DNA of 61,787 nt, the filler included, from Asterionella formosa (lineage: Eukaryota), in the NCBI GenBank assembly GCA_002256025.1. It is 7 parts of 7 records of this genome, joined end to end, with 100 filler letters (N's around TTAATTAATTAA, not from the genome) between each part and the next. Parts side by side here need not be neighbours in the genome. Positions count along the whole stretch, not along the records: positions 44,215 to 52,951 come from NKIB01011748.1; positions 53,052 to 61,787 come from NKIB01011755.1; 5 more parts are not named here. One strand, 5' to 3'. Below the pieces are notes generated by a model, which had not been told where the DNA came from, did no database searches, and saw only the letters and a program-made list of their open reading frames with translations. A program made the translations under genes and the position numbers. The first letter of the stretch is position 1. Each line of letters starts with the position of its first letter. Shown in pieces: positions 51,007 through 61,787 of this stretch.

Positions 51007-52174
51007 CCTGACCATCAAAGACCGCATTTTGTTTGCCTGATCTTTTGTTCCATTGAACTACTAGTCTAGATGCGTACTGAATTGTTGTTCCATTCTTATT
51101 TTTCAACTTACCTGTTAGCTCTGTGACGTGCTTGATTGGTTGCACCGCATTAACTTCTTTCCCGATTTTTCCGTTTCCATATTCATATACATTCCGGTAG
51201 TATTTAATAATAACATCTTATTAACTTGCTTGACTAGCATTTTTCTTGCGGCTGTACCAATAATTAGCGTCCAACAATTAGGTGGCACCTGCCATACAAT
51301 ACAAAGGAATGTATAACTTCTAAATAGGCATAGAAACGATAAAACAAATTTTTTCCATGATGAAAAAAGAACTGTTAACTTCAATCAGTTGATTGCATTT
51401 TTCAATGCAAATTCCATGTGTAAAATTATTATACTGGTAGTCTACCAAGTAGGTCACCCAGTGGCTATTTGTTTTAGCCATTGGCTGTGCCCTTTCATTC
51501 TTGTCATCTTTGTTCACAGTCGCACTTGTAGCCTCAGAAAGAAGTGGTCCGGAAGAACTTATTAACAAGAGTGCGCTAGATGTTTCTGTATAGATTGTAA
51601 ATTGTTGTGGTATGAATAGGAAATCATGGATCCGCTAGGAGCTTTCTTAACCATCCAAGTTAATAAAAACTCCGTTCAACACAGTGCTGAATAATATGTT
51701 TCCAACTTGGGGACAATCCTTGTAGCTTCCCCTTCCAGATTTTCAGCTTCTTTTTTAACAAATACATTGTCAAATGTTCTATTTTATTAGCTCACACATG
51801 GTTCCATCTGTGAATAAAATTTCCATTAGATCTAACATTTTGCTTAGCACATGTTCCAAAAGTTATTCATTATGCTAAATTTTTGCTAGGTCGGAAATTA
51901 TTTGATACATCAATCACTTTTTTTGTTCGATCAATTGAATTTTTATCTCAGGTTTGCTGTGAGTTTACCCATATCATCTCATGCGTATGTTAAAAACTCG
52001 TACCAGATGATCCCATACAGATTTCTGTGCATCATTTCTTTGTTGCCATTCCAATTTGAACACTTTACACGCTTTGATGCATTTCATGTACTGGTACTCC
52101 TCTCTCCTCTCTCCATTCGTACACCAGTAATCGATTTTCTTCCCTTTTACTAAGCCATGCACGCTCATCAAGTT

Positions 52175-52340
52175 TTGCCCCGGGCATTCCAGACCATGCA
52201 TGCCAGAACCAAAGTCTGCAATCAACCACAGCTTCCAAAGCAATAGTTGCCACTCCTTCTTTTCCTTAATATGCTCCTCTCTGTGCTTTGGCTGGCACAG
52301 TTTTTCCACTCCAAATGCATGACGTCCAATGAACCAAGAA
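52175..52340 (-). mobile_element. PIF/Harbinger (Plant_tran-type) transposase fragment
   Basis: LGSLDVMHLEWKNC followed by TIALEAVVDCRLWFWHAWSGMPGA. Confidence 0.8.
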
Positions 52341-52623
52341 CGGTTAACTGATACTGGTTGATGCACATACGTAGGTGGGACCTGCGAGGTCTTGCTCGTG
52401 GTTGAGCAAAGGGCGGTTGTCACATAGAAACAGGCTTTCTCGCATCCTATGCACCCTACGTACCACCGCGGTCTTGCATCAGCCATTTTGGCTCAGATGA
52501 AGTGCGGTACCACCGGTGCCTGGTACCGGAATGATAGATAATCCCCGCATGTATGGGTGCTGGTTACATCTGTTGGACCAACTACCAGTACCAGGTAGTA
52601 CTCCGGAGCTCCGGAGCACTTCA

Positions 52624-52718
52624 CCTGCAAGTTGAGGTAATTTTGCTGAAACTAAAGATTTAGCTTTTTTATCGCAGATTAAAATGTTAGTTTCAGCAAA
52701 ATGACCGCAACTTGCTTG
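52624..52718 (+). mobile_element. MITE of about 95 bp, copy 1
   Basis: cctgcaagttgaggtaattttgctgaaactaa..ttagtttcagcaaaatgaccgcaacttgc; homologous to 56495 and 61582. Confidence 0.82.
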
Positions 52719-52951
52719 TACCTTTTAAGGTTCCTGCATTTGAACCCCTAGGCAAAAATTAAAATATTGCTTAGGGTTGCCGAAATTCCCTGGAACGAAG
52801 AATTTTTATGAGTTAATTTTGAATAACGTGATTCCAATTGAAATATTTGAATCACTGGAAATTTGCGCGTACATACATAGATTCCTTTTCGAATTCAATA
52901 AATATATACATAAACGTTCTCCATCGCTCAATGTTTATATACCCTATCATA

Positions 52952-53051
52952 NNNNNNNNNNNNNNNNNNNNNNNNNNNNNNNNNNNNNNNNNNNNTTAAT
53001 TAATTAANNNNNNNNNNNNNNNNNNNNNNNNNNNNNNNNNNNNNNNNNNNN
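52952..53051. other. Artificial contig linker
   Basis: Same linker. Confidence 0.99.
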
Positions 53052-53277
53052 TCCATACATACGTGCTTTTCACCAATATTACCTTTTACACATACATGTA
53101 CATACACTTTATTTTTACTCCATGTCGTGCCGGGTGGCTGAGCGATGGTGATTCGCAACCTGTCTGGCGATTCACTATATAAAATAAAAGCAGACGTACG
53201 GATGATACTTTTCTATTAAATCGTCTTTTGCTACCACTTTTGCGTGCGCCTCTCTGCCTTGAAATTGTCTATTCAAA

Positions 53278-54318
53278 ATGGGAATCATTCAAACGCCGTT
53301 CGTACATGGTCAGCACGACATGGGTATGACAGAGTCAAAGAGTTCATGGGGATATTGGACGCACTTCGTGTGTGGCTTTGTTCTCGTCTTGCTGTGGAGA
53401 TTCCAGCAGCATCAGCTCGAGGGTCACTTGGAATCGCCGAAACGTGCAATTGAGCGAGAAATTGCCGATGACATTACTGTCGTAGAAAGCATCGATAGCG
53501 ATGAAGACGATGAAGGAGGCGAACAAGAGGAGAGTTTAATTTCAGAAAAAGCAAAGCTTGAGCTTCACGGCCTAGTTCCATCTTCAACCTCTGCCGAGTG
53601 TGCTAGATTCGTTAAGGCGTCAAGAACTGACATCAGACGTGCAAAAGATAAATTGGAAGCTTACTTAAAATGGCATCAAGAGCATGCTCTCTTTGAAAAA
53701 AGTCTAGAATTTAACGGTGAGCTAAGAACTGATGAAGACGAATGGATTCTTGCAAGTCAAGTGGCAATTATTGCTTGCAATGAGAAATCAGGAGTTTCTT
53801 TGGACAGGATCGCTGGCATATATTGTGACAATATCGGCACACCCATCCGAGATTTTGAAGGCCATCGAATTCTCCACGTTATGCCTGGACGTGTCGATGC
53901 CAAGATTGCGCATCCGAATACGTATGCGCTTGCATTAGCTCTCTTTATTAACAAGAAACTTGACCGGTCGTCGTCAGAGAAAATAACAGTCGTGATTGAT
54001 GTACGAGGTCGCAAAGGCTGGCCTAACATCCATCCATGCCGTCAGCTGCCATTTATCAAAGCAATAACAGGATTACTGCTAGCCATGTTTCCTGAACGTC
54101 TTCATCGCTGTTTACTCCTTCCGGTACCGGCATCCGCTATGTGGATCTGGAATCTTTGCAGTGTCTGGATAGATCCTTTGACGGTTGCAAAAATAAATCT
54201 GCTTGAAGGAGAAGCTCGTATCTTCTCACCAGCTCCCTTCAAGGAAATGGAAGTCTTTATGTCTCCCAAAATTGCTCTGATGCTGGAGTGTAGACGAAAC
54301 GAAGGGATCAACGAATGA
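53278..54318 (+). CDS. CRAL-TRIO/Sec14-like domain protein with an N-terminal hydrophobic segment
   Basis: CARFVKA..AKDKLEAYLKW; KITVVIDVRG..GWPN; FPERLHRCLLLPVP..WIDPLTVAKI. Confidence 0.85.
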   Translation: MGIIQTPFVHGQHDMGMTESKSSWGYWTHFVCGFVLVLLWRFQQHQLEGHLESPKRAIEREIADDITVVESIDSDEDDEGGEQEESLISEKAKLELHGLVPSSTSAECARFVKASRTDIRRAKDKLEAYLKWHQEHALFEKSLEFNGELRTDEDEWILASQVAIIACNEKSGVSLDRIAGIYCDNIGTPIRDFEGHRILHVMPGRVDAKIAHPNTYALALALFINKKLDRSSSEKITVVIDVRGRKGWPNIHPCRQLPFIKAITGLLLAMFPERLHRCLLLPVPASAMWIWNLCSVWIDPLTVAKINLLEGEARIFSPAPFKEMEVFMSPKIALMLECRRNEGINE

Positions 54319-54987
54319 ATATCTAAACATGCGCTCATTTGTTTTTCCTGTTAACTTGTGTTGTCACCATTATTCGCTATTCATATCAATTCAAAAAGCC
54401 CCTTCCTATTTTGGCTATTTTATGCGCTGTGTTCGCATTCTTGATTGCTACAAAGATGCTATGGAACAAATAGTAACCTTATTCCTATACTTCATCTCAG
54501 AAAAGATCTACATAGGGAATTCCGTTGCTAAGAGGGAAGTCAAAAGAGAGATATTCTGGAAAACAACTTATATTTGCAATCATAAATGAAATGCTTAAAT
54601 TTGTAATCATAAATGAAAGGAATATAAATGAAATGCTTGCATGTTCATGCTTTATGTAGTGTCTATTCTCTCCAGATTCATCCATTTCATTTCAAATAGT
54701 TCGCTTATGGCTACTGCTATACTTAGTCATTTCATTCTCCCCCCCGTTGTTTCCGTTTCAGCTTCTAATCTTTTTCAAATATTTGTTACATCTTTCTCGC
54801 GACGAGAATTTTTTCTGTAATGAGCTTGTGTTAAACCATTAGAAACTTCATAAATGATTTCCTTTGCAAATCTGTTACTTTCTTCATGTTTGTGAAATTG
54901 ATTTCTGTTTGTTGCATGCTCTGTATATCCATGCATTGGTTGGGAGCGGACGAGACAGCTCATCTCCGTAAACGAAGATTGACCTTA

Positions 54988-56069
54988 CTAAAAGTGGAGG
55001 TAAGGGTCATGCGATATTTCTAACGCATCATCAAACGTGTCAGTAAAGCTAAATGAATTAACGAGTGACGGGAACATCTCTAGCGAGTTGGGATGATGAC
55101 GTTGACCGTGATGGCTTGTGTCTTTATCCCCTGGGAGGGGGGAATCGGGGGGTCTTCTAAAGATGCTTTCCACAAATTGTACCTGAGAAGAATATGCAGT
55201 ACTCCTTGGATCAATACCATTGTCAGAAATAGTTCGAGAAGCTGTTTTGAGTCTTGATTGTTCGGCTTTGAAGTTGGCTATTGTAATTTTGTATCCCGCT
55301 CTCGCGATTTCCTCCTGTTCCACAAACGGGTCCTTTTCATGTGGCGGAGCATTTCGCCACATCTCTCCAAGGAGTCTAGATACATCCGTGTTGGTCATAT
55401 CTGGATTTTCTTTCTTTGCGTAAGCCCTTTTGGTGTGGGAATACATAAGAAAAGCAGACATGGGTCTCTGACGATCGGCACGAGAGGCATTTGTGTGAGT
55501 AGCTAAACGAAAGGTCGAAAATTCATGCAACCATCCAAACGTACCGACATACCTTTGGGGCAAGCGTGTCTTTCTTTGTTCGAGTTCGGCGATTTTTCTG
55601 GATGACCTGTGCAAATTTTTTATGTGATGCCTTCTCGAGAAAGTGTCTAGAGTATGGATGAGAAGACGGGTATAATGAATGGAGGCTCGTCACAATCATG
55701 CGGCAAAGGAGGTAATAATATATCCTTCGTACCTCGTTTTATCCAAGCGAGCTGCCTCATCCCAATTCATCTTTTCGTGTCTTGAAAGTCTGTTCCATGC
55801 ATTAGCCGTAAGTTTGAGAATTCCCTGCGATTCCTGTGAGGATGCCAACAGTAATAATGTGGTAAGCATCAAAATGACGGAGCAATCAAAAAGGAGGGCG
55901 ACCAACAAGTCGGTACAATGATTCTCACCGCGCTTATTCCAAGCTCTTGGGCAATCGTTCCCTTAGCAGAATCCGAGAAACAAATAAAAGCTGTTCGAGC
56001 TGGCAAAGGTGGTGGCATATTGATCATATACCCTGAACCAAGAGGTGGGGGAGGCAACAAAGTAATCAT
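54988..56069 (-). CDS. Two-HMG-box protein; exons 56069-55929, 55833-55733, 55646-55553, 55467-54988
   Basis: Three GT-AG introns of 85-95 nt give PARTAFICF..AWNRLSRHEKMNWDEAARLDKTR and APKRPMSAFLMYS..VSRLLGEMW; alternative start at 56027. Confidence 0.88.
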
Positions 56070-56494
56070 GGTCAACGTTTGTGAGAGTTGTCTTATTTAC
56101 GGATAACAATACGTGAGGAAAAGAAATCAAGAGGCTTCACTCCCAGAAAGATCTCACGACTATATATTGGACTGCAGTATTCAATTGCTTTGCCGGGTAT
56201 TATGGCGGGATTCGAAGATTAGCCTTTTGTTGCATAACAGATTGTGTTTTGTTCCGTCCAGATAGATGGTTCAAAATTTCACGCCGGAGTCCCATGAAGG
56301 TGAAGTGTGCCATAATTATACTAGCTAATGTGAAGGCCTCCTTGCTATTTTCATGGAATGTGACAAGCAAGATCGCAAGGAAGCGATCAGGTGTGCAGTG
56401 GTAACATGGCGTCGCTGATGACGACAAGGCAATGTTTTTGAAATCATAAATTGTTGTGTTGATTGGAATAAATAGCCGATACCGGTACCAGGTA

Positions 56495-56586
56495 CCTGCA
56501 GCGGTCATTTTGCTTCAACTAACATTTTAATCTGGGATAAAGTCAGCTAAATCCTTAGTTTCAGCAAAAAAACCGCAACTTGCTGG
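56495..56586 (-). mobile_element. MITE of about 95 bp, copy 2 (inverted), TA-flanked
   Basis: TA|cctgcagcggtcattttgc..gcaaaaaaaccgcaacttgctgg|TA. Confidence 0.82.
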
Positions 56587-56917
56587 TATTTCCGGAACTG
56601 GCATGCCAGTACACGGTACCTGGTATCTATTATAAGGATGTAAGCTCCAAACTGTACATCATACATTTTTGCACAAAATAATATATGACAGTATGCACCT
56701 GGTTTATACCGTCATTAGGTACCAGGGTACCTGGAACCTGGTACCCTACCGGTATACATTTACGTTATCCGGAACCACTTACATACACACGTACGCATTC
56801 CATCACATGCCGTCGGATGAACTTGTGCTCGCATTTAATTGCTTCTGCTTCCACCTATAATACCTCGCTCCCAGCAAACGAGCGTATGCACCACAACCAA
56901 TTCAGCATTCGAACAAG

Positions 56918-58081
56918 ATGATGACTGGAACCTTGCTTCTCATGGCATCCTGGATGCTGAGACCCGCGTCCTCCTTTACTAAATTGAAGTTGACATCGAC
57001 TTGTCGAGGCACGACAAGGTGCAACCTCTTTTCGTCTGTTTCAGTCCAAAATGGCATTTCTCGAATGGCGACGCTCCAAACGCTCCTTACCAAACACGGA
57101 GCGCCCGGAAGCATCGGATGCAACGAACCCAACGACTTGGTGCCCGTCAACGCTGAGAATCAGCCAGAACTCTTGAATGCCCTGGAATCGTCCTTCACTT
57201 ACAATCTTCACCCGCATTTATTTCCATTGGCCAAATCAATCAAATCTGGACATTTTATTTGCGGCCTCCGTAGACATGCTGATGCATCCTCCGACGGACC
57301 ATGGCCCATTGTCGAGTCAGCCATTGGCGCACGTGGTATGCGCCTTTTGGCCATGAATAGTGAGCACTTGATGCGACGGATGGCTGCAGAGGCTGATTTC
57401 AGTGGCAACCCAGACATTGTACAACTGTACAACGCTCATCTCGGACAAGGGATATTGAAGGAGACATTATTAGACATTCCATACACTCCGGGATCAGTTG
57501 AGAAGCTGGGGTATGGACTGGAAAAGTATGTATTGCTCAAGGTTGGACCCTTTCCAGATTTGTACGAATCCATGGCCATGTCGCATTCGGCGAAAGGAGA
57601 CGAGGCATCATCGTTGATTGCCGCAGAAGCCTCAAATGGAAAGTTTTCAGGATTCGCATCCACCTTTAAATTCTATGCCAGACTGTTGAATACCTACCCC
57701 AACCGCGAGGATGAGACGCGAGACGCCGCTCGCATCTGCTGGCGAGTGCCCCTTTCCACTTTAGGCATGTCGGACGACGATTTCAAGGAAGTTGCTGTTC
57801 TCGGGAAGGTTGCACAGGAAACTGATTCAATGGATGAAGTGCTGGCAAAGATGCAGATATACTACCAAAAGCTTCGTCAACATGAAGATGAAGACCCGGG
57901 TGCTAGTGGAGGAAAAACACCAGAGCAATCTGCCATTGACGAAGCCAATTATTTCTTAGACACAATATCATTGTCGAAAACGTGCAACTGGAGCGACGCT
58001 CGCCACGAGCTTGCCGAGATGTATGCTTCAGCAGGCCGAGAGGATATGGCGACCTTTGTTGATCCTAGTCGAGTTGCATAA
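56918..58081 (+). CDS. Plastid-targeted protein resembling PAB (protein in chloroplast ATPase biogenesis)
   Basis: Signal peptide with ASS|F; LHPHLFPL, VGPFPDLYE, HSAKGDEASSLIAAE, FSGFAS, ETRDAAR..PLSTLG. Confidence 0.7.
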   Translation: MMTGTLLLMASWMLRPASSFTKLKLTSTCRGTTRCNLFSSVSVQNGISRMATLQTLLTKHGAPGSIGCNEPNDLVPVNAENQPELLNALESSFTYNLHPHLFPLAKSIKSGHFICGLRRHADASSDGPWPIVESAIGARGMRLLAMNSEHLMRRMAAEADFSGNPDIVQLYNAHLGQGILKETLLDIPYTPGSVEKLGYGLEKYVLLKVGPFPDLYESMAMSHSAKGDEASSLIAAEASNGKFSGFASTFKFYARLLNTYPNREDETRDAARICWRVPLSTLGMSDDDFKEVAVLGKVAQETDSMDEVLAKMQIYYQKLRQHEDEDPGASGGKTPEQSAIDEANYFLDTISLSKTCNWSDARHELAEMYASAGREDMATFVDPSRVA

Positions 58082-58163
58082 TATTATGGCCCGGTATGTT
58101 TATAGATGATGCTATTTACCAGAACGAAAAAATAATCAATTCAGTTCACAAGAACAGACGATG

Positions 58164-61100
58164 TTATGAGATTTCAGTCATTTCCAGTCGCTTGCTCGTT
58201 GTACCCAGCAGAGCAGCAATCTCATCGTCGATACTCGCTTGACTATCGTTGCTCGTTTCGCTCGTATTTGAAGCCTGACCCGCCGACAAGCCACTACGAC
58301 CGGTGTTGGCACTTCGACCTGCTCGACTTGACACTCCGCTACGACCACTTACTTCACTTCGACTGCCAAATGTAGTTCCGCCTCCGACCGACATTCCTGA
58401 TTGCCCTTCTTGCCTTTCGTAGGGAATTTTCTGGCGAGCATGCAGCTCCCCAAATGCCTCATCGTACAGATCACTTGGCATTACACCTTGGGAAAAGAAG
58501 GATGCCAGATACGAGAATCCCAAGAATCCATCAAAGCACACCAATCCCATAAATACAAAACATAACATCATAAGTCCAAGGGGTGGGTTTGCCATAGAGC
58601 CTGCCTTTGGGATTGCCACTGGATCTTCATCAAGGCGCTCGAGCAAAATCCAATCCATGGCATTTGCCAGGATTTGAGCCCCAGCATCATAGACTGAATG
58701 CGGATAATGAACTCCATCATAGCTTTCGCTGACTCTTGATGATGTAAATGCAGGTCCATCAAGAACAAATGACGCAGAGGAAATAACACCTAGCTGAGCA
58801 TAGAGTGCTCGAATAACTTCAATATCCTCCTCCTTAATGTTCTTCTGTTTCTCTTCTGTTTGTAGTGCAGCAGAATTGATGGTTGTTGGCACAATCCAAG
58901 CAACTGGGATATTCGCCGATCGAGCCAACCGAATTTCCTTAGCCAGGTCACGAACGGTACTTCGATGTGATTCTCGATCTTCGTCCGTCGCAAACACATG
59001 CAATCGATCCCAAGCTCCCCCACCCATGACAACCAGATCAGGCCGAACAATGTCCTTTGCGTCTGACGAAAAAGTCGGTCGAGCAATAATGTCTCGAATC
59101 TTGATCAATTGATCAGATGCCAATGCGGCCCATTCAAATTCCACGGTAGTGTCGCCGATAGTGTTTGTAATATCCGACCATTTTGGTACCTTTGTATTGT
59201 ATGCACCAGCACCGGCCATTCCCATTTGCCGCAACGTCGCATGATAAACAAATCTTGTAATGGAATCTCCAACAAAGGTGACGGTTCGGTGCTTTAATGT
59301 TTTGCGAAGCGCCTTGGGATCCCTGTGAGTGAATCGACAATGTGTGCCAGGTGCCGTTTCATTCCAGCCCCATACATAGGCGCCACCATTTACTGAACAA
59401 GTAGCATATGCAGCGATCCCATGATCTCGATATCCCTTGCCTCTTGTCTCCTCATTACAGGGATTGACTGGAATCCACACGCCCTCATTGACATAGGCTT
59501 CACACCCCGCTGGTAGCGCTTGGATGGTGGAACCACCTACTTGTGCCATTCCATGCCAGGTCAACCCAACAACAAAAACAAGCATCAATCCGACCAGAGG
59601 TGGTGCTATGTGTGCCAAACCCGAATCAAAATTGGGATTGCCCGCTCCAGGACCCAACATTTTCTCCACCATGGTTTCTTCCATAGTTGCTTGCCGATTG
59701 GCCAGGGCTGACTCCTTGAACGCCTGCCAAGTCAATTCCATGACGGATCGATAAATGATCATGCCAACAATCAAGGACACCATGCCAACGGATGTGAGGG
59801 TCAACATACCAAATGACTTTAAGATTCTGGCCAGAACAAAAAAGGTAACCAAGATGGCAACAGCGACCCCGAGATTTTGAAAGCACTTCCTCTTGTCATT
59901 GGGAAGTATTATTCCTCTCAAATATAGTGTCAATTCATAGAGTCGCCGACTAATCAAGTAATATAATATCGTAACAATCAACATATTCACTTTGGGCCAA
60001 CCAGGTAAAAGAGTTAACAGTGACTTTGCATTCGAAGTCAACCAAATGTGATGTTGCATAAGATATGTTTCCAAGGTTGTCTTGCCGATTTGATGTAAGA
60101 AAGCTAAGTGATGAGATCGCAAGTATGGAGTCAAGTTCCGAAGGTAGACATATGTAATTATCGGAATGAAGCCAAAGTATGCATTTGTATAATTGTAATC
60201 CATTTTGTTTTGCCGAAACGGACCCATCACCCATACGTAGAATGCTCCTACCAACGCAATACCCATGATAGCCTTGGCAATAAAACTCCAGACTGGTGGC
60301 TTACTTTCCAATTTACGAAAAAATAAAGATGTGATGGGAAAATTAAGCGCAAAGATCATGCCGAGATAGGTCGACCAATGATCAAGGGATGATCGAAAGT
60401 ACCATTCCCACATGCTTCCTGAATCAGCTCCCAATATTGGCTTATTTCCCAAGAACGGAAAATGAATTACTGGGAACAAACCCGAATTAACGTCCCAGAC
60501 TAGGGCAATGAAGATTGCCAACATTCCCATCTTGCTTCGAATGCCCCATTTGGAATAATTCAAATCCTTGCCAATTCTCATTGTGGCGTAAACCATCAAA
60601 AAGTAATAGGTATGCAAGAGACAAATATAATATAGTATATATGTCGTTCCTTGTGTTAAGCAGAGGAAGACAACAAGAAAATTGAGCCTCCACAACATTT
60701 GCAGGACGCGCACAATTCCGAAATCAGCTTTTATGTAGAAAAAACTGAAATTCCCAAAGCCTGTCATCCAAACATAGCAAGAAATCATGATTCTAACCGC
60801 ATTGTATACTTCTTCCGCATGATAGTAATGATAAAGCAAAAACATAAATTGCATCCAGCCCTTCCATTCTTCCGTTTGATGCCTATTCAAGACACCATTG
60901 TCGTCCGAGGCCACCGCAACTTTCCCATCTGCTGGCTGTGGTGTTTCAGGTGCCTGAGTACTGTTTCGTTTCCATGTATGCAAACTTGCGAAAATCAAGA
61001 GCGCACTTAGAAAAAAGAACTCATCACGATCGTATGACTTGCCCGCATGAGCAAAGGGCGGATGGTGCTCACATATGTACGCATAGAACAAGATGGCACC

Positions 61101-61361
61101 AAAAACAGTCAAATGGTACAACAGTGCGTAGACACTGCAAAAGTTTCGAATATCCAGAGCACTACTTCTCGAATTTGAGGCGGTAGCAAAGGCGCGCTTG
61201 TCACCAGTCAGGTAGGCTCGTGTGGCCAAGGCGGTACTGGAAAAGGCGACGGAGCCAAAGGCCATGGCCATGGCCATGGTGGATGTTGGGGCGCTTTCGG
61301 CGGCGGAATGGGCGCCAAAGTCGCCAAAGAAGTCCACGGCGTTTCCTAGTGCGTCAGTCAT
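58164..61361 (-). CDS. CASD1/RWA-family (Cas1_AcylT) membrane O-acetyltransferase fused to a C-terminal SGNH/PC-esterase domain
   Basis: LNRHQTEEWKGWMQFMFLLYHY, YVWMTGFGNF, YYICLLHT, TLETYLMQHHIWL; then TFVGDSITR and YDGVHY; first ATG at 61361. Confidence 0.93.
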   Translation of the reverse strand: MTDALGNAVDFFGDFGAHSAAESAPTSTMAMAMAFGSVAFSSTALATRAYLTGDKRAFATASNSRSSALDIRNFCSVYALLYHLTVFGAILFYAYICEHHPPFAHAGKSYDRDEFFFLSALLIFASLHTWKRNSTQAPETPQPADGKVAVASDDNGVLNRHQTEEWKGWMQFMFLLYHYYHAEEVYNAVRIMISCYVWMTGFGNFSFFYIKADFGIVRVLQMLWRLNFLVVFLCLTQGTTYILYYICLLHTYYFLMVYATMRIGKDLNYSKWGIRSKMGMLAIFIALVWDVNSGLFPVIHFPFLGNKPILGADSGSMWEWYFRSSLDHWSTYLGMIFALNFPITSLFFRKLESKPPVWSFIAKAIMGIALVGAFYVWVMGPFRQNKMDYNYTNAYFGFIPIITYVYLRNLTPYLRSHHLAFLHQIGKTTLETYLMQHHIWLTSNAKSLLTLLPGWPKVNMLIVTILYYLISRRLYELTLYLRGIILPNDKRKCFQNLGVAVAILVTFFVLARILKSFGMLTLTSVGMVSLIVGMIIYRSVMELTWQAFKESALANRQATMEETMVEKMLGPGAGNPNFDSGLAHIAPPLVGLMLVFVVGLTWHGMAQVGGSTIQALPAGCEAYVNEGVWIPVNPCNEETRGKGYRDHGIAAYATCSVNGGAYVWGWNETAPGTHCRFTHRDPKALRKTLKHRTVTFVGDSITRFVYHATLRQMGMAGAGAYNTKVPKWSDITNTIGDTTVEFEWAALASDQLIKIRDIIARPTFSSDAKDIVRPDLVVMGGGAWDRLHVFATDEDRESHRSTVRDLAKEIRLARSANIPVAWIVPTTINSAALQTEEKQKNIKEEDIEVIRALYAQLGVISSASFVLDGPAFTSSRVSESYDGVHYPHSVYDAGAQILANAMDWILLERLDEDPVAIPKAGSMANPPLGLMMLCFVFMGLVCFDGFLGFSYLASFFSQGVMPSDLYDEAFGELHARQKIPYERQEGQSGMSVGGGTTFGSRSEVSGRSGVSSRAGRSANTGRSGLSAGQASNTSETSNDSQASIDDEIAALLGTTSKRLEMTEIS

Positions 61362-61581
61362 GATAGATGAGAAAAATAATGACAAGGTGGGCTCCCAGGT
61401 GTGAGGAACACAATAATAATGGTATGCACCTCCTGAGGTCACAAACAACGCTACATTTGATACATCATCTGTTGATTGATATGCACGTGGTCCAAGGAGG
61501 TTTAGAGGAAGTTGCACCACAAGATGAACATAATGATGATTTATTCTATATACAGTATATACATGTACCTGCGTACCGGTA

Positions 61582-61677
61582 CCTGCATGTTGCGGTAATT
61601 TTGCTCAAAATAAAACTTTAGCTATCTTTATTTCAGATTAAAATGTTAGTTTAAGCAAAATGACCGCAACTTGCTGG
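61582..61677 (+). mobile_element. MITE of about 95 bp, copy 3, TA-flanked
   Basis: TA|cctgcatgttgcggtaattttgct..agcaaaatgaccgcaacttgctgg|TA. Confidence 0.85.
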
Positions 61678-61787
61678 TACCAGGGTACTATACAAATTCC
61701 GGCACAGAACCTGGTACCAGGTACTAGGGTATGAGGACCAAGTGCGGAGCTAATGTATTCGGTTAAATAGAATATTATCATGTTCTA

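Noticed and set aside
51974..52486. 170-aa ORF as a gene
   Set aside because: Overlaps an out-of-frame Harbinger transposase fragment and has no recognisable domain
58164..61361. 'Cas1' domain as a CRISPR component
   Set aside because: Cas1_AcylT is the capsule-synthesis acetyltransferase family, unrelated to CRISPR Cas1

Overview
This is eukaryotic DNA, most likely from a diatom: it has CoDi-type copia elements, bipartite plastid presequences and short GT-AG introns. The window is not one locus. It is seven unrelated contigs of about 8.74 kb (1-8746, 8847-17591, 17692-26433, 26534-35273, 35374-44114, 44215-52951, 53052-61787) joined by artificial 100-nt N/TTAATTAATTAA/N linkers, so no synteny can be inferred across linkers. 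Intact genes: a THUMP protein, mitochondrial uL3, histones H1/H3/H4, a PAP/fibrillin, a CRAL-TRIO protein, a four-exon HMG-box protein, a PAB-like plastid protein and a CASD1/RWA-type O-acetyltransferase with a C-terminal SGNH domain. The rest is mostly mobile-element debris (copia, gypsy, Penelope-like, Harbinger, MITEs/foldbacks) and pseudogenes (ARM-LRR, HECT, SGNH-like, DOT1-like). The most notable signals are: (1) a shared non-canonical, covarying 3' stem-loop about 50 nt after the stop of all three histone genes; (2) Penelope-like RT halves in permuted order, interleaved with a DOT1-like methyltransferase remnant; (3) an interrupted Zn-ribbon-ARM-LRR-coiled-coil repeat gene with a reordered decayed neighbour; (4) long palindromic elements, a TA-flanked MITE family and GGTACC-rich palindromic islands. 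All family calls are by-eye motif recognition; no searches were run.
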